From Thermotogota bacterium (GTDB lineage: Bacteria > Thermotogota > Thermotogae > UBA12178), in the NCBI GenBank assembly GCA_021161835.1, contig JAGGZV010000003.1, positions 1 through 53,551 on the forward strand: a stretch of 53,551 nt of DNA, read 5' to 3'. Positions 36,629 to 45,932 of the stretch are shown piece after piece. The position numbers and the translations under genes were made by a program. The notes beneath the pieces are model-generated. The model was not told the DNA's origin and did no database searches. It was given only the letters and a program-made list of their open reading frames with translations. The first letter of the stretch is position 1. Every line of letters starts with the position of its first letter.

Positions 36629-36712
36629 TTGACATAATCGGTTCTCATCGTTCATAATGTACCATAATCTCTTTTCTTTGCATTTGTTTATTTTCAATTA
36701 TGGTCGTATACT
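36629..36712 (+). promoter_or_regulatory. Candidate promoter(s) of the iolM operon
   Basis: TTGACA-18-CATAAT (36629-36658) and TTGTTT-17-TATACT (36684-36712). Confidence 0.5.
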
Positions 36713-36748
36713 TTTTACGGTCCACATATCGAAAGGAGGTAGGTTGAT

Positions 36749-37936
36749 GTGAAAGCTGTCCGACTACATGCCAAATGGGATCCCAGACCCGAATTCAAGT
36801 TGGGACCCAAAGATGTAGAAGGAAAACTCACATGGCTGGGTAGCAAAGTCTGGCGGTATCCTGAAGTGCTCATTGAAGATGTACCAGAGCCTAAAATAGA
36901 AAAGCCTTCTGAAGTAATAATCAGAGTGAGAGCCGTAGGGATATGTGGAAGCGATGTGCACATGGCGCAAGCTGATGAAGATGGATACACCCTTTACCCT
37001 GGTTTGACCGGTTTTCCGGTGACACTGGGACATGAATTTTCTGGCGAAGTGGTTGAAGCGGGGCCGGAAGCAATAAACAGAAGAACCAACAAACCTTTTG
37101 AACCGGGTGAACCTGTCACAGCGGAGGAAATGTTGTGGTGTGGATATTGTCGACCATGTGCCGATGGTTATCCAAATCACTGTGAAAATCTGAAGGAACT
37201 GGGTTTCGATACTGACGGAGCGTTTGCAAAATACATCAAAGTCGACGCCAAGTATCTCTGGAGCTTGAGGGAGCTTGAAGGTGTTTACGAAGGAGACAAA
37301 CTCTTTATGGCCGGAAGCCTTGTTGAACCCACTTCCGTTGCTTACAATGCGGTTATAGAGCGTGGCGAGGGCATAAGACCTGGTGACAACGTTGTCATAT
37401 TTGGTGGAGGACCTATCGGTCTGGCAGCCGTAGGAATATTGAAACATGGAGGGGCGGCAAAAGTCATACTTTCGGAACCTTCTGAAATCCGCCGGAAAAT
37501 GGCTCTGGAATTGGGAGCGGATCATGTTATAGATCCAACGAAGGAGAACTTCGTGGAAGCACTTCTGGATTATACCAACGGTATGGGGGCCAAGCTCTAT
37601 CTTGAAGCAACCGGTGTACCGCACATAATATGGAAGGATATAGAAGAGGCCATATGGAGATCCAGAGGTATAAATGCAACCGTCGTTATAGTTGCCAGAG
37701 CCGATGTGAAGATACCGTTGACAGGCGAAGTTTTCCAGGTTAGAAGAGCGAGAATAGTTGGAGCACAGGGTCATTCCGGTCACGGAACTTTCCCCAGGGT
37801 GATCAGTCTCATGGCAAGTGGACTCGATATGACCAAAATAATATCCAAAACAGTCTCTCTGGATGAGATTCCTGAGTACATTAAGAAGCTGCAGACTGAC
37901 AAGAGTCTCGTGAAGGTAACCTGTTTGAATCCGTGA
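36749..37936 (+). CDS. iolM: scyllo-Inosose 3-dehydrogenase (Zn-dependent MDR)
   Basis: N-terminus AVRLHAKWDPRPEFKLGPKD.EGKLTWLGSKVWRYP matches Thermotoga IolM as I recall it; GICGSD, GHE, CxxCxxC...C, GGGPIG. Confidence 0.92.
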   Translation: MKAVRLHAKWDPRPEFKLGPKDVEGKLTWLGSKVWRYPEVLIEDVPEPKIEKPSEVIIRVRAVGICGSDVHMAQADEDGYTLYPGLTGFPVTLGHEFSGEVVEAGPEAINRRTNKPFEPGEPVTAEEMLWCGYCRPCADGYPNHCENLKELGFDTDGAFAKYIKVDAKYLWSLRELEGVYEGDKLFMAGSLVEPTSVAYNAVIERGEGIRPGDNVVIFGGGPIGLAAVGILKHGGAAKVILSEPSEIRRKMALELGADHVIDPTKENFVEALLDYTNGMGAKLYLEATGVPHIIWKDIEEAIWRSRGINATVVIVARADVKIPLTGEVFQVRRARIVGAQGHSGHGTFPRVISLMASGLDMTKIISKTVSLDEIPEYIKKLQTDKSLVKVTCLNP

Positions 37937-37947
37937 GGTGTTTGAAG

Positions 37948-38928
37948 ATGAGAGAAGTAAAAGTAGGGGTAGTGGGGACGGGTTTCATAGGTCAAGTTCA
38001 TCTGGATATACTCAAGGATCTCAAGGGTGTCAAAATAGGCGGGATCGTTGAAGCCGATCCCGCCCGTGCTTCCCGTGTATGTGAAAAATACGGTACCAAG
38101 AATTATTCTAATCTCAAAGAACTGAGAGATGCAGGCGTTGAAGCTGTATACATCACCACCCCCAACAAAACGCATTTCAATTTAGCCATGGAAGCCATAG
38201 AACTTGGTTTCCACGTGTTCTGTGAAAAACCCATGACCATAAGTTTGCAGGATGCGAAGGAACTGGAAAAAGCGGTCAATGAGAAAGGCGTTGTATTCCA
38301 GGTTGGTCACAACAGGCGTTTCGCATATGTTTACAAATTCATGAAAGAAAAGATAGAAACCGGGGAGTTGCGTCCCTACTCCTTCCAGATAAAGATGAAC
38401 AGGGGCGAGCTCCTCAACCCGCCGTGGGTTTCTGACAGAAGCTATACGGGAGGGTTTTTATTCGAAAGTACGCTTCATCTCTTCGACATGATGAGATTTC
38501 TCTTCGGTGATGTCGCCAGAATGTATGTTCTTGGAAAGAAGAGTGTTTATAATGATTTCGATGATTGGGCAATAGCGGTGGAAATGAAGAATGGAATAAT
38601 AGGAACCTTTACTTCGTGTGCACATGCCAGCTGGATGATACCTTTCGAACGGGTCGAAGTGTATGGGGAACACAAGATGCTTTCCAATGATGAAATGGAG
38701 AAAGTTTATTACTGTAAGGGCCTTGACAAAGAAGTGGAAATACACGATTACATGAAGGTAGATTTCAAGGAAAAATGGGGATACGTTGAAGAAGATGAGA
38801 AATTTATTGAGGCTGTGAGAAATGGTTCTTCGCCCGTGGTGACAGTTACCGATGGAGTGAAGGCCATAGAGATAGTTGATGCATGTTACAGAGCGGTTGA
38901 GGGTGGAGAAGGATACGTTGAATTTTGA
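37948..38928 (+). CDS. Gfo/Idh/MocA dehydrogenase, probable inositol dehydrogenase
   Basis: GTGFIG, CEKP, GHNRRF, GGFLFESTLHLFD; lies between iolM and iolN. Start at ATG 37948. Confidence 0.82.
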   Translation: MREVKVGVVGTGFIGQVHLDILKDLKGVKIGGIVEADPARASRVCEKYGTKNYSNLKELRDAGVEAVYITTPNKTHFNLAMEAIELGFHVFCEKPMTISLQDAKELEKAVNEKGVVFQVGHNRRFAYVYKFMKEKIETGELRPYSFQIKMNRGELLNPPWVSDRSYTGGFLFESTLHLFDMMRFLFGDVARMYVLGKKSVYNDFDDWAIAVEMKNGIIGTFTSCAHASWMIPFERVEVYGEHKMLSNDEMEKVYYCKGLDKEVEIHDYMKVDFKEKWGYVEEDEKFIEAVRNGSSPVVTVTDGVKAIEIVDACYRAVEGGEGYVEF

Positions 38929-38941
38929 GGAGGTAGATACA

Positions 38942-39910
38942 ATGTCCAAATGGCAGATTCCTCCAGAAGGTGGACACATGGAAAAGCCAACGGGTGTTTA
39001 TTTCCAGACTATGACAATGAAGGAGATAAAGGAAAGATTGAAGAAGTGTGATCTCATAATAATACCCGTTGGTAGTACTGAAAATCATGGTCCCAACGCT
39101 CCCACCGGAGAAGACACCTTCCTTGTCACCAGAATGGCAGAGCAAGTGGCTTTAAAAACAGGATGTACGGTTGCAGAACCCATATGGTATGGATTTCATC
39201 CCTATCATCACATAGGTATGCCTGGAACCGTGCCTGTGAAAGACGAAGCCTTCATAGATCTATTGGTGAGTGTCATGGCAGGGTTCTGGAACTCCGGGTT
39301 CAGGAAGCAGATACTCCTGAATGGACACGGTCAGGAATTCGTTATCCCCATAGCTATCCACAAATTCGCCAAGATTTTTCAGGTTCCTGCATTGATAATC
39401 AATTTGAACTGGTATCACGCCATTCAGGACAAGTTCAAGACGAAGGAAGAGGGCGGACCATACGAAACGCCTTTCATACATGCCGATGAAGTGGAAAGTT
39501 CCTGGAGTCTTGCACTGTTTCCGGAATTTATGCATCAGGAGTGGGCAGTGGATACGCAGCCAACCGGCTTTCTGCCAGAAGGACACATCGATAAGGCGGG
39601 CAACCTATTGCACAGACCCATAGCATGGTACGGTCATGTTGGAGCAGGGCCGATAGAAGTTGCGCAGTACCCAGAAGGTGTCGTGGGTAAAGCCACTGCG
39701 GCCAGTGCCGACAAAGCAAGGGAAGGCGTGGAAGCTTTCCTCGATTATCTGGAAAAGCTCGTGAATGATATCATGGAAACCTTCCCGCCTGGAAAGTTGC
39801 CGCCAGCCGAAAAGCTCACACAGAGAGCCAAAGAGGAGATTGAAGCCCTTCTCAAAGAACCTTTCACGGAAGGATGGAAGAGTTTGTATTCTGCGGGAAA
39901 TATGTGGTGA
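38942..39910 (+). CDS. iolN: 3-dehydro-scyllo-inosose hydrolase (creatininase family)
   Basis: PTGVYFQTMT, PVGSTENHG, GEDT, HPYHHIGMPGT, NGHG, HADEVE; near-identical to Thermotoga IolN as I recall it. Start at ATG 38942. Confidence 0.92.
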   Translation: MSKWQIPPEGGHMEKPTGVYFQTMTMKEIKERLKKCDLIIIPVGSTENHGPNAPTGEDTFLVTRMAEQVALKTGCTVAEPIWYGFHPYHHIGMPGTVPVKDEAFIDLLVSVMAGFWNSGFRKQILLNGHGQEFVIPIAIHKFAKIFQVPALIINLNWYHAIQDKFKTKEEGGPYETPFIHADEVESSWSLALFPEFMHQEWAVDTQPTGFLPEGHIDKAGNLLHRPIAWYGHVGAGPIEVAQYPEGVVGKATAASADKAREGVEAFLDYLEKLVNDIMETFPPGKLPPAEKLTQRAKEEIEALLKEPFTEGWKSLYSAGNMW

Positions 39911-39968
39911 ACGAAAATGCGTTTCAAAAACCCTGTAAAGGGGACTATCTCAAGGAGGTGGGTGTTTT

Positions 39969-40904
39969 ATGAAAAAACTGTTGGTCGTGGCCCTTGCACT
40001 GTTGGTGAGCGTCGGGATCTTCGCGACCTACACCTTCTACGTGGTCTCGCACGGAGGACCTGCTGATCCCTTCTGGGGTGTAGTGATGAAAGGTATGAAG
40101 GATGCAGCGCTCAAGTATGGTGTCAAGGCAGTGTACCTGGGACCCGAGAAGTTCTCGTTGAAGGAATTCATCGATCTTGTGAACAGCGCTATAGTGAGGA
40201 GACCCGATGGTTTGGTGGTAACCATAACCAATGCCGTTGCTCTGGACGAACCATTGAGAAAGGCTATAAAACTGGGAATACCTGTGGTTGCCATTAACGT
40301 TCCCGATACGAGACCCGTCGAAGAAAGGATACCCTACCTGTGCTACGTTGGAATGGACGAGTATCTTGCTGGTGTATACGCGGCCAGAAGGATGCTTCAA
40401 GAATTCACGCCAAAGAGAGCTATCGTAGCCATCCACGAGCCCGGTCATACAGGATTGGAGGCCAGGGCCAAAGGTATCATGGATGTTCTGAAGAAGAAGG
40501 GCATTCCTGTGGAAAAACTCGATATAACCACAGATCCAACAAAGGCCCTCACACTCATGAAGAGCTACCTTGTGAAGCATCCGGATACTGATGCCATATT
40601 CACCCTTGGACCTCTCGGTGCACATCCCGCCATACAGTTGGTTGAAGAGGAAGGACTCGTTGGCAAAGTGAAAATAGGAGCCATCGACCTCACCACCAAG
40701 ATAACCGATGCCATAAAGAAAGGTGTTGTTGTCTTCACCATCGACCAGCAGCAGTATCTCCAGGGTTACCTGCCAATCGTCTTTCTGTACCTCTACAAAG
40801 AATATGGCCTCATTCCTCATGAGCAGGTCCTTACCGGTCCATCCATCGTTGACAAGAGCAATGTAGACATAGTTGAAAAAACGGTGCAGATGGGCTACCG
40901 CTGA
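39969..40904 (+). CDS. Monosaccharide/polyol ABC transporter substrate-binding protein (CUT2)
   Basis: Signal peptide, VSHG...DPFW, YVGMDEY.AG, IDQQQYLQGY, TGP. Confidence 0.88.
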   Translation: MKKLLVVALALLVSVGIFATYTFYVVSHGGPADPFWGVVMKGMKDAALKYGVKAVYLGPEKFSLKEFIDLVNSAIVRRPDGLVVTITNAVALDEPLRKAIKLGIPVVAINVPDTRPVEERIPYLCYVGMDEYLAGVYAARRMLQEFTPKRAIVAIHEPGHTGLEARAKGIMDVLKKKGIPVEKLDITTDPTKALTLMKSYLVKHPDTDAIFTLGPLGAHPAIQLVEEEGLVGKVKIGAIDLTTKITDAIKKGVVVFTIDQQQYLQGYLPIVFLYLYKEYGLIPHEQVLTGPSIVDKSNVDIVEKTVQMGYR

Positions 40905-40910
40905 TTATTA

Positions 40911-40945
40911 GCCGGGGTGGGGAGAAGATTCCTCACCCCGGTTTT
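40911..40945 (+). terminator. Stem-loop after the SBP gene (partial terminator or mRNA stabiliser)
   Basis: GCCGGGGTGGGGA-gaagat-TCCTCACCCCGGT followed by TTT. Confidence 0.7.
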
Positions 40946-40971
40946 CACCCTGCTTACGAGGAGGAGATAAA

Positions 40972-41949
40972 GTGCCGAGTGAGAGTAGAGCGGATGTTAA
41001 AGCTTTACCGTGGTTTTACAGGACAAAGGAGCTCGGTGCCATATTTGGTACATTGATCTTCTTCGTGATATTTGCGATCATCTCAGAACAGTTTCTGACA
41101 TGGTCGAATCTGGCTACCACCTTCACCATGGCGGCAGAGCTCGGAATAGTGACCCTAGGTGTGACCATGCTGATGATTTCTGGGGAGTTCGATCTTTCGG
41201 TTGGTTCTGTATTTGCGGTTGTTCCAATGGTTATGGCCATAATGATCAATCACGGAGTCAACGAATGGTTCGCTTTCGTGGTGGCCATGCTGGTGGGGGT
41301 CGGTATAGGTGTGGCGAACGGTCTGGTCACGTTGAAAACAGGCATTCCCTCCTTTATCACGACTCTCGGCATGAAGATGTTCTGGCGTGGAATATTGCTG
41401 GCCGTTACCGGTGGATTCCCCATTATACTTTCGCACAAAGTTGGATTGTTGAGGTATTTTGGAGGAGCCGTACTCGAGGATCTTCGCTATTCTGCTATAT
41501 GGTTCATAGCTCTGTCGATCGTGTTCTGGCTGGTTTTAGAACGCACCCAGTACGGAAACTGGACCTTTGCAACGGGGGGAAACATAGGAGCGGCACGTGC
41601 TCTTGGTGTGCCGGTTATGAGAGTGAAACTGGTGAACTTCGTGTTGAGTAGCACACTGGCAGGATTCGCGGGTCTGACAACCTTTGGTAGATTCAAGATA
41701 GTGGATCCAACCCTGGGTCAGGAAATGGAACTCGAGGCCATAGCCGCGGCTGTTATAGGTGGCAATCTTCTCACGGGCGGGTACGGAAGCATACTGGGTT
41801 CGTTCATAGGTGCCGTGATGATAGGTATGGTGCGTAGTGGGCTCGTTCTAGCGGGCGCACCAGGATATTGGTACAGAGCCTTCATTGGTGTGATATTAAT
41901 AGTTGCCGCCATAATAAACGCGAGGATAAGAAAGAAGGTGGCAGGATGA
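40972..41949 (+). CDS. CUT2 ABC transporter permease
   Basis: ISGEFDLSVG, IPSFITTLG, ATGGN..AA, ELEAIAAAVIGG. Confidence 0.9.
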   Translation: MPSESRADVKALPWFYRTKELGAIFGTLIFFVIFAIISEQFLTWSNLATTFTMAAELGIVTLGVTMLMISGEFDLSVGSVFAVVPMVMAIMINHGVNEWFAFVVAMLVGVGIGVANGLVTLKTGIPSFITTLGMKMFWRGILLAVTGGFPIILSHKVGLLRYFGGAVLEDLRYSAIWFIALSIVFWLVLERTQYGNWTFATGGNIGAARALGVPVMRVKLVNFVLSSTLAGFAGLTTFGRFKIVDPTLGQEMELEAIAAAVIGGNLLTGGYGSILGSFIGAVMIGMVRSGLVLAGAPGYWYRAFIGVILIVAAIINARIRKKVAG

Positions 41950-42695
41950 GCGAATACATCGTTGAAATGAGAGGCATAAAGAAGAGCTTTGGAAGGGTTC
42001 AGGCACTTAAAGGTGTGGACTTCAGCGTGGGGCGAAACGAGATAGTGGGGTTGCTCGGTGATAACGGTGCAGGTAAATCCACGCTGATAAAGGTGCTGGT
42101 GGGTTACTATCAACCAGATGAAGGCGAGATATATTTTGAAGGTCAGAAGGTGAACTTCAAATCGCCATGGGATTCCAGAGCTTTGGGGATAGAAACGGTC
42201 TATCAGGATCTGGCTCTTGTGAATCTCATGCCGTTGTGGCGTAACTTCTTTCTGGGACGTGAATTGAAGAGAAAAATTGGTCCGTTTAAATTGATAGAAC
42301 GCAACAAGATGAGGCGGCTTGCCTTGGAATCTTTGAAGGATGTTGGAATCTTCATTCGATCGCCCGATGAGACCGTGGCGTTCATGTCGGGAGGAGAGAG
42401 GCAGGCGGTTGCAATAGCGCGAGCCATACACTTCGGAGCCAAACTACTCATTCTCGACGAACCTACGGCCGCTCTCTCTGTTGGAGAAACTCGTAAGGTT
42501 CTTGAACATATTGTTGAAGCCAAAAAGCGGGGCATTTCCGTCATATTCATAACTCATAACATATATCATGTGTACGAAGTTGCGGACAGACTCGTGGTGC
42601 TTGAACATGGCGAGAAAATTGGTGAATATGAGAAAAAGGAAGTGACTCCTGAGCAAATAATGGACATAATAGCTTCGGCAGCTGGTGTAAAATAA
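41946..42695 (+). CDS. CUT2 ABC transporter ATPase (single domain)
   Basis: GDNGAGKST, GIETVYQDLA, MSGGERQ, ILDEPT, ITHN. ATG at 41946 overlaps the permease stop. Confidence 0.92.
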   Translation: MSEYIVEMRGIKKSFGRVQALKGVDFSVGRNEIVGLLGDNGAGKSTLIKVLVGYYQPDEGEIYFEGQKVNFKSPWDSRALGIETVYQDLALVNLMPLWRNFFLGRELKRKIGPFKLIERNKMRRLALESLKDVGIFIRSPDETVAFMSGGERQAVAIARAIHFGAKLLILDEPTAALSVGETRKVLEHIVEAKKRGISVIFITHNIYHVYEVADRLVVLEHGEKIGEYEKKEVTPEQIMDIIASAAGVK

Positions 42696-42760
42696 TTGTA
42701 AGGAGGTACTAATTTACAATTTCAAAATCCAACATTTTCAAATTGGGGAGGTGTGGTGTT

Positions 42761-44095
42761 ATGAAGAGGTTACTTGTGGCGTTGTTGGTGGCTCTGTCGG
42801 TTGTTTACTTTGCGAAGGTCGTTACCATAACCGCTTGGACGGTTGGACCGGACAATCCGTCGGTGAACAGGTTTGAGAACCTCAAGACTGCCGCTGAGAG
42901 ATTGAACAAGATACTCGAAGCGGCCGGTTCCGACATCAGGGTGAAAGTGGAGGGTTACTTCGATTCCACCGATTGGAGCAGTTACAAGTCAAAGGTGGTC
43001 TTTGGTTTGAAATCCAAACAGGATGTGGACATCATCTGCAGTGGACACGACGATCTTGGTTCCTGGGCCAAGGCTGGTTATCTGCTTCCGTTGGACGATC
43101 TGGTAAAGAAGTACTGGGATCTTGGACTCTACGACATAATTCCATCCCTGTGGGAAGCGTGTAAGTTCAAGGGTGGAATCTACGCTATACCACAAGATAC
43201 TGAAGCAAGGCCGTTCTACATCAACAAGAAAGTTCTGAAAGCTCTTGGCTGGACCGACGCGGAAATCGAAGCATTGCCTGAGAAAGTTGCCAAAGGAGAA
43301 TTCACACTGTTCGACTTTGTGGAAGTTGCTAAAGCAGCGAAGGAGAAGGGACTCGTGGAATGGGGACTTTATCACAGACCCAAGATGGGCATCGATTACT
43401 TCCAGCTCTTCACCTCTCTCGGAGCAGACTTCTACGACGAGGAGAAGGGCGTCTATGTCTACGATGTTGCCAAGATGGAGGAAGTCTTCAAGTTCTTCTA
43501 TGATCTCACCAATACCTGGGAAATAACACCCAGAAACATCATAGGTACTCCCTGGTCTTCTATCCACAAGGATGTAACAAGCGGTAAGGTACTCGCATGG
43601 CTCGGTGGTACATGGAACTGGGCTGAGTGGAAGCGCGACTACGGCAAGACCGAGCAGGAACTGGAGGATATGTTTGTCCTTACACCTGTTCCCAAAGCCA
43701 CGGCTGATGGCAAACCGAACACGCTCTCCCACCCTGTTGTTTACATGATACCCGCTCACAGCAAGAATCCAGAACTGGCTTTCATGTTGCTTGTACTTGC
43801 AAGTGCACCTGATCTCAACATGAGACACGCCGTGCAGAGCGGACACCTGCCCATCAGGTGGCAGCAAACGGTCTTCCCGGAATACAAGAAGGAATTCATC
43901 ATGGTAGAAGGAACGAAGCTATTACCGTTCTCTTCCTTCGTACCCAACGATGACAGATTCAACGACTTCAACAGGGTGATCTTCGAAGGACTCCAGATGG
44001 TGGAATCTGGTGCCAATCCATCGGCCGTCGCGAGGGATGTTGCAAGACGTTTGAAAGTTACTCTGAAGGATAGGATAGAGATCATTGAAAAGTGA
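42761..44095 (+). CDS. CUT1 ABC substrate-binding protein (InoE-like, inositol/inositol phosphate)
   Basis: Signal peptide, AWTVGPDNPS..R, IPQDTEARP, GGTWNWAEW; located in the inositol locus. Start at ATG 42761. Confidence 0.82.
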   Translation: MKRLLVALLVALSVVYFAKVVTITAWTVGPDNPSVNRFENLKTAAERLNKILEAAGSDIRVKVEGYFDSTDWSSYKSKVVFGLKSKQDVDIICSGHDDLGSWAKAGYLLPLDDLVKKYWDLGLYDIIPSLWEACKFKGGIYAIPQDTEARPFYINKKVLKALGWTDAEIEALPEKVAKGEFTLFDFVEVAKAAKEKGLVEWGLYHRPKMGIDYFQLFTSLGADFYDEEKGVYVYDVAKMEEVFKFFYDLTNTWEITPRNIIGTPWSSIHKDVTSGKVLAWLGGTWNWAEWKRDYGKTEQELEDMFVLTPVPKATADGKPNTLSHPVVYMIPAHSKNPELAFMLLVLASAPDLNMRHAVQSGHLPIRWQQTVFPEYKKEFIMVEGTKLLPFSSFVPNDDRFNDFNRVIFEGLQMVESGANPSAVARDVARRLKVTLKDRIEIIEK

Positions 44096-44109
44096 ACGTA
44101 ACGACTGGC

Positions 44110-44139
44110 AAGGGGTGGGGGCCTTGCCCCCCACTCCTT
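44110..44139 (+). terminator. Stem-loop after the SBP gene
   Basis: AAGGGGTGGGGGC-ctt-GCCCCCACTCCTT followed by T. Confidence 0.7.
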
Positions 44140-44166
44140 TAATTGAGAATTGAAAGGGGGAATGAG

Positions 44167-45060
44167 GTGAAAAAGTTTAGGATACCTAAATCATGGTTTT
44201 TCCTATCGCCCATGTTTGTATTGGTAACTCTGTTTTTTGCGGTACCGGTCGTAATAACGGTTGTGATGTCGTTCACAGATATGGATTATTCCTTTGAGTG
44301 GAACTTCATAGGTTTCATGAATTTTCAAGACATGGCGAGTGATTTTCTCATTCCCAAAGTCCTTTTGAACACGCTGGTTTACACTTTCGCCACTCTGAGT
44401 TTGTTCAACGTTGGAATGGCACTTCTGCTATCGCTTTTAACTACTTCCATCAGCGATAGACTCGGAGATTTCTTCAGATCTCTCTGGATGCTTCCGAGGT
44501 TGACACCTTCAGTGGTGTACGGATTGTTGTGGTTGTGGATATTCGATCCCACCAAGTACGGTTTGGTAAACAATATACGTGCATGGTTCAATCTTCCACC
44601 GCAGGATTGGCTCCATCAAACTCCTATGTTGATGGTTATCCTGGCCAATGGTTTCATAGGTGCGTCAATGGGTATGTTGATATTCACCGCGGCGATAAAG
44701 GCGATACCCATAGATTACTATCGAGCTGCTCTGATAGACGGAGCCAGTTGGTTCACCATAACGAGGAAAATAACTCTTCCTCTTATAAAATGGCAGATAC
44801 TCTTCGTCACAGCTTATCAAACTCTGTCACTTCTGACCTCTTTTGAATACATACTGATCATCACCGACGGTGGTCCTATCTTCAGAACGGAAGTCTGGGC
44901 ACTATACACCTATCATACAGCATTCGAAAGTTTCCGATACGGTTACGGTGCCACGCTTTCTGTGATACTGGTGCTTGTGGGCATAGCAGCTGCCTTTGTG
45001 TATTTGAAGCTCTTCGGTTTTGAAGCGCTTATGAGCAAACCCAGGATAGAGGTGGATTGA
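44167..45060 (+). CDS. CUT1 ABC permease (MalF-like)
   Basis: TM helices, EAA-like loop AAIKAIP.DYYRAALIDGA, ITDGGP; GTG start at 44167. Confidence 0.9.
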   Translation: MKKFRIPKSWFFLSPMFVLVTLFFAVPVVITVVMSFTDMDYSFEWNFIGFMNFQDMASDFLIPKVLLNTLVYTFATLSLFNVGMALLLSLLTTSISDRLGDFFRSLWMLPRLTPSVVYGLLWLWIFDPTKYGLVNNIRAWFNLPPQDWLHQTPMLMVILANGFIGASMGMLIFTAAIKAIPIDYYRAALIDGASWFTITRKITLPLIKWQILFVTAYQTLSLLTSFEYILIITDGGPIFRTEVWALYTYHTAFESFRYGYGATLSVILVLVGIAAAFVYLKLFGFEALMSKPRIEVD

Positions 45061-45932
45061 TAGCCGTGGAAGGTGTGAAAAAATATCAACTGACATTTTT
45101 CCAGCGCAACAGTCAGAAGATAGCTCAGGTAATAATAGTTTTGATACTGATACTGGTCACTTCTCCCATAATTCTTGGATACGCATGGTTAATATTGAGA
45201 TCCTTCAGTGAAGACATAGTACAGGGATTCATACCCACCAAGTTAACCTTGAAGAACTGGCGGTTTCTCTGGCAGAACATAGAAGGATATCCAAGTATAT
45301 GGAAAATAACCATGAACACTTTCCTGCTGGCTCTGGGTGTCATGGTCATCGAGATCCTCATAACCAGTATGGGAGGATATGCACTGTCCAGGTACGAGTT
45401 TCCAGGACGTTCATCCATATTGAGACTCATTCTGGTGCTTCATGCTTTTCCAGCCATCTCTCTCATGGTGGCCATATTCTATGTGCTCTGGAATCTGGGA
45501 CTTTTGAACAAACTTTGGGGTATAATCCTTGTTAAGGCGTCTCTCGAGATACCGTGGGGCACATGGGTGATGAAAGGTTTCTATGATGGAATTCCATGGG
45601 AGCTGGAGTGGGCAGGATTGGTGGACGGATACTCGAGATTGCAGGTATGGAGAAAAGTGATACTTCCGATAGCAAAACCAGGTATAGCTGTTACAGGCAT
45701 ATTCGCCTTTCTCTCAGGCTGGTCCGAATTCGTTTTTGTCAATACCTTCATTTTCGAACAGCAAACCTGGACACTTTCCAAGTATGTGAAGGGTATAATA
45801 GGGGACTTCCGGTTCGTGGATTACGGCCTTTTAACTGCGGTTGGACTTTTCTATGTTATTCCCACTATAGTTTTCTTCTTCTTCGTGAGTAAGTACATGA
45901 TCAAACTGACGATTGGAGGAGTGAAAGGCTGA
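45057..45932 (+). CDS. CUT1 ABC permease (MalG-like)
   Basis: GYALSRYEFPG, MKGFYDGIPWELE.A..VDG, GGVKG C-terminus. Confidence 0.9.
   Translation: MIAVEGVKKYQLTFFQRNSQKIAQVIIVLILILVTSPIILGYAWLILRSFSEDIVQGFIPTKLTLKNWRFLWQNIEGYPSIWKITMNTFLLALGVMVIEILITSMGGYALSRYEFPGRSSILRLILVLHAFPAISLMVAIFYVLWNLGLLNKLWGIILVKASLEIPWGTWVMKGFYDGIPWELEWAGLVDGYSRLQVWRKVILPIAKPGIAVTGIFAFLSGWSEFVFVNTFIFEQQTWTLSKYVKGIIGDFRFVDYGLLTAVGLFYVIPTIVFFFFVSKYMIKLTIGGVKG

Noticed and set aside
36764-37783. Long antisense ORFs (also 39945-40820, 42989-43867, 48755-49792)
   Set aside because: Shadow frames of well-supported genes, with no recognisable motifs.
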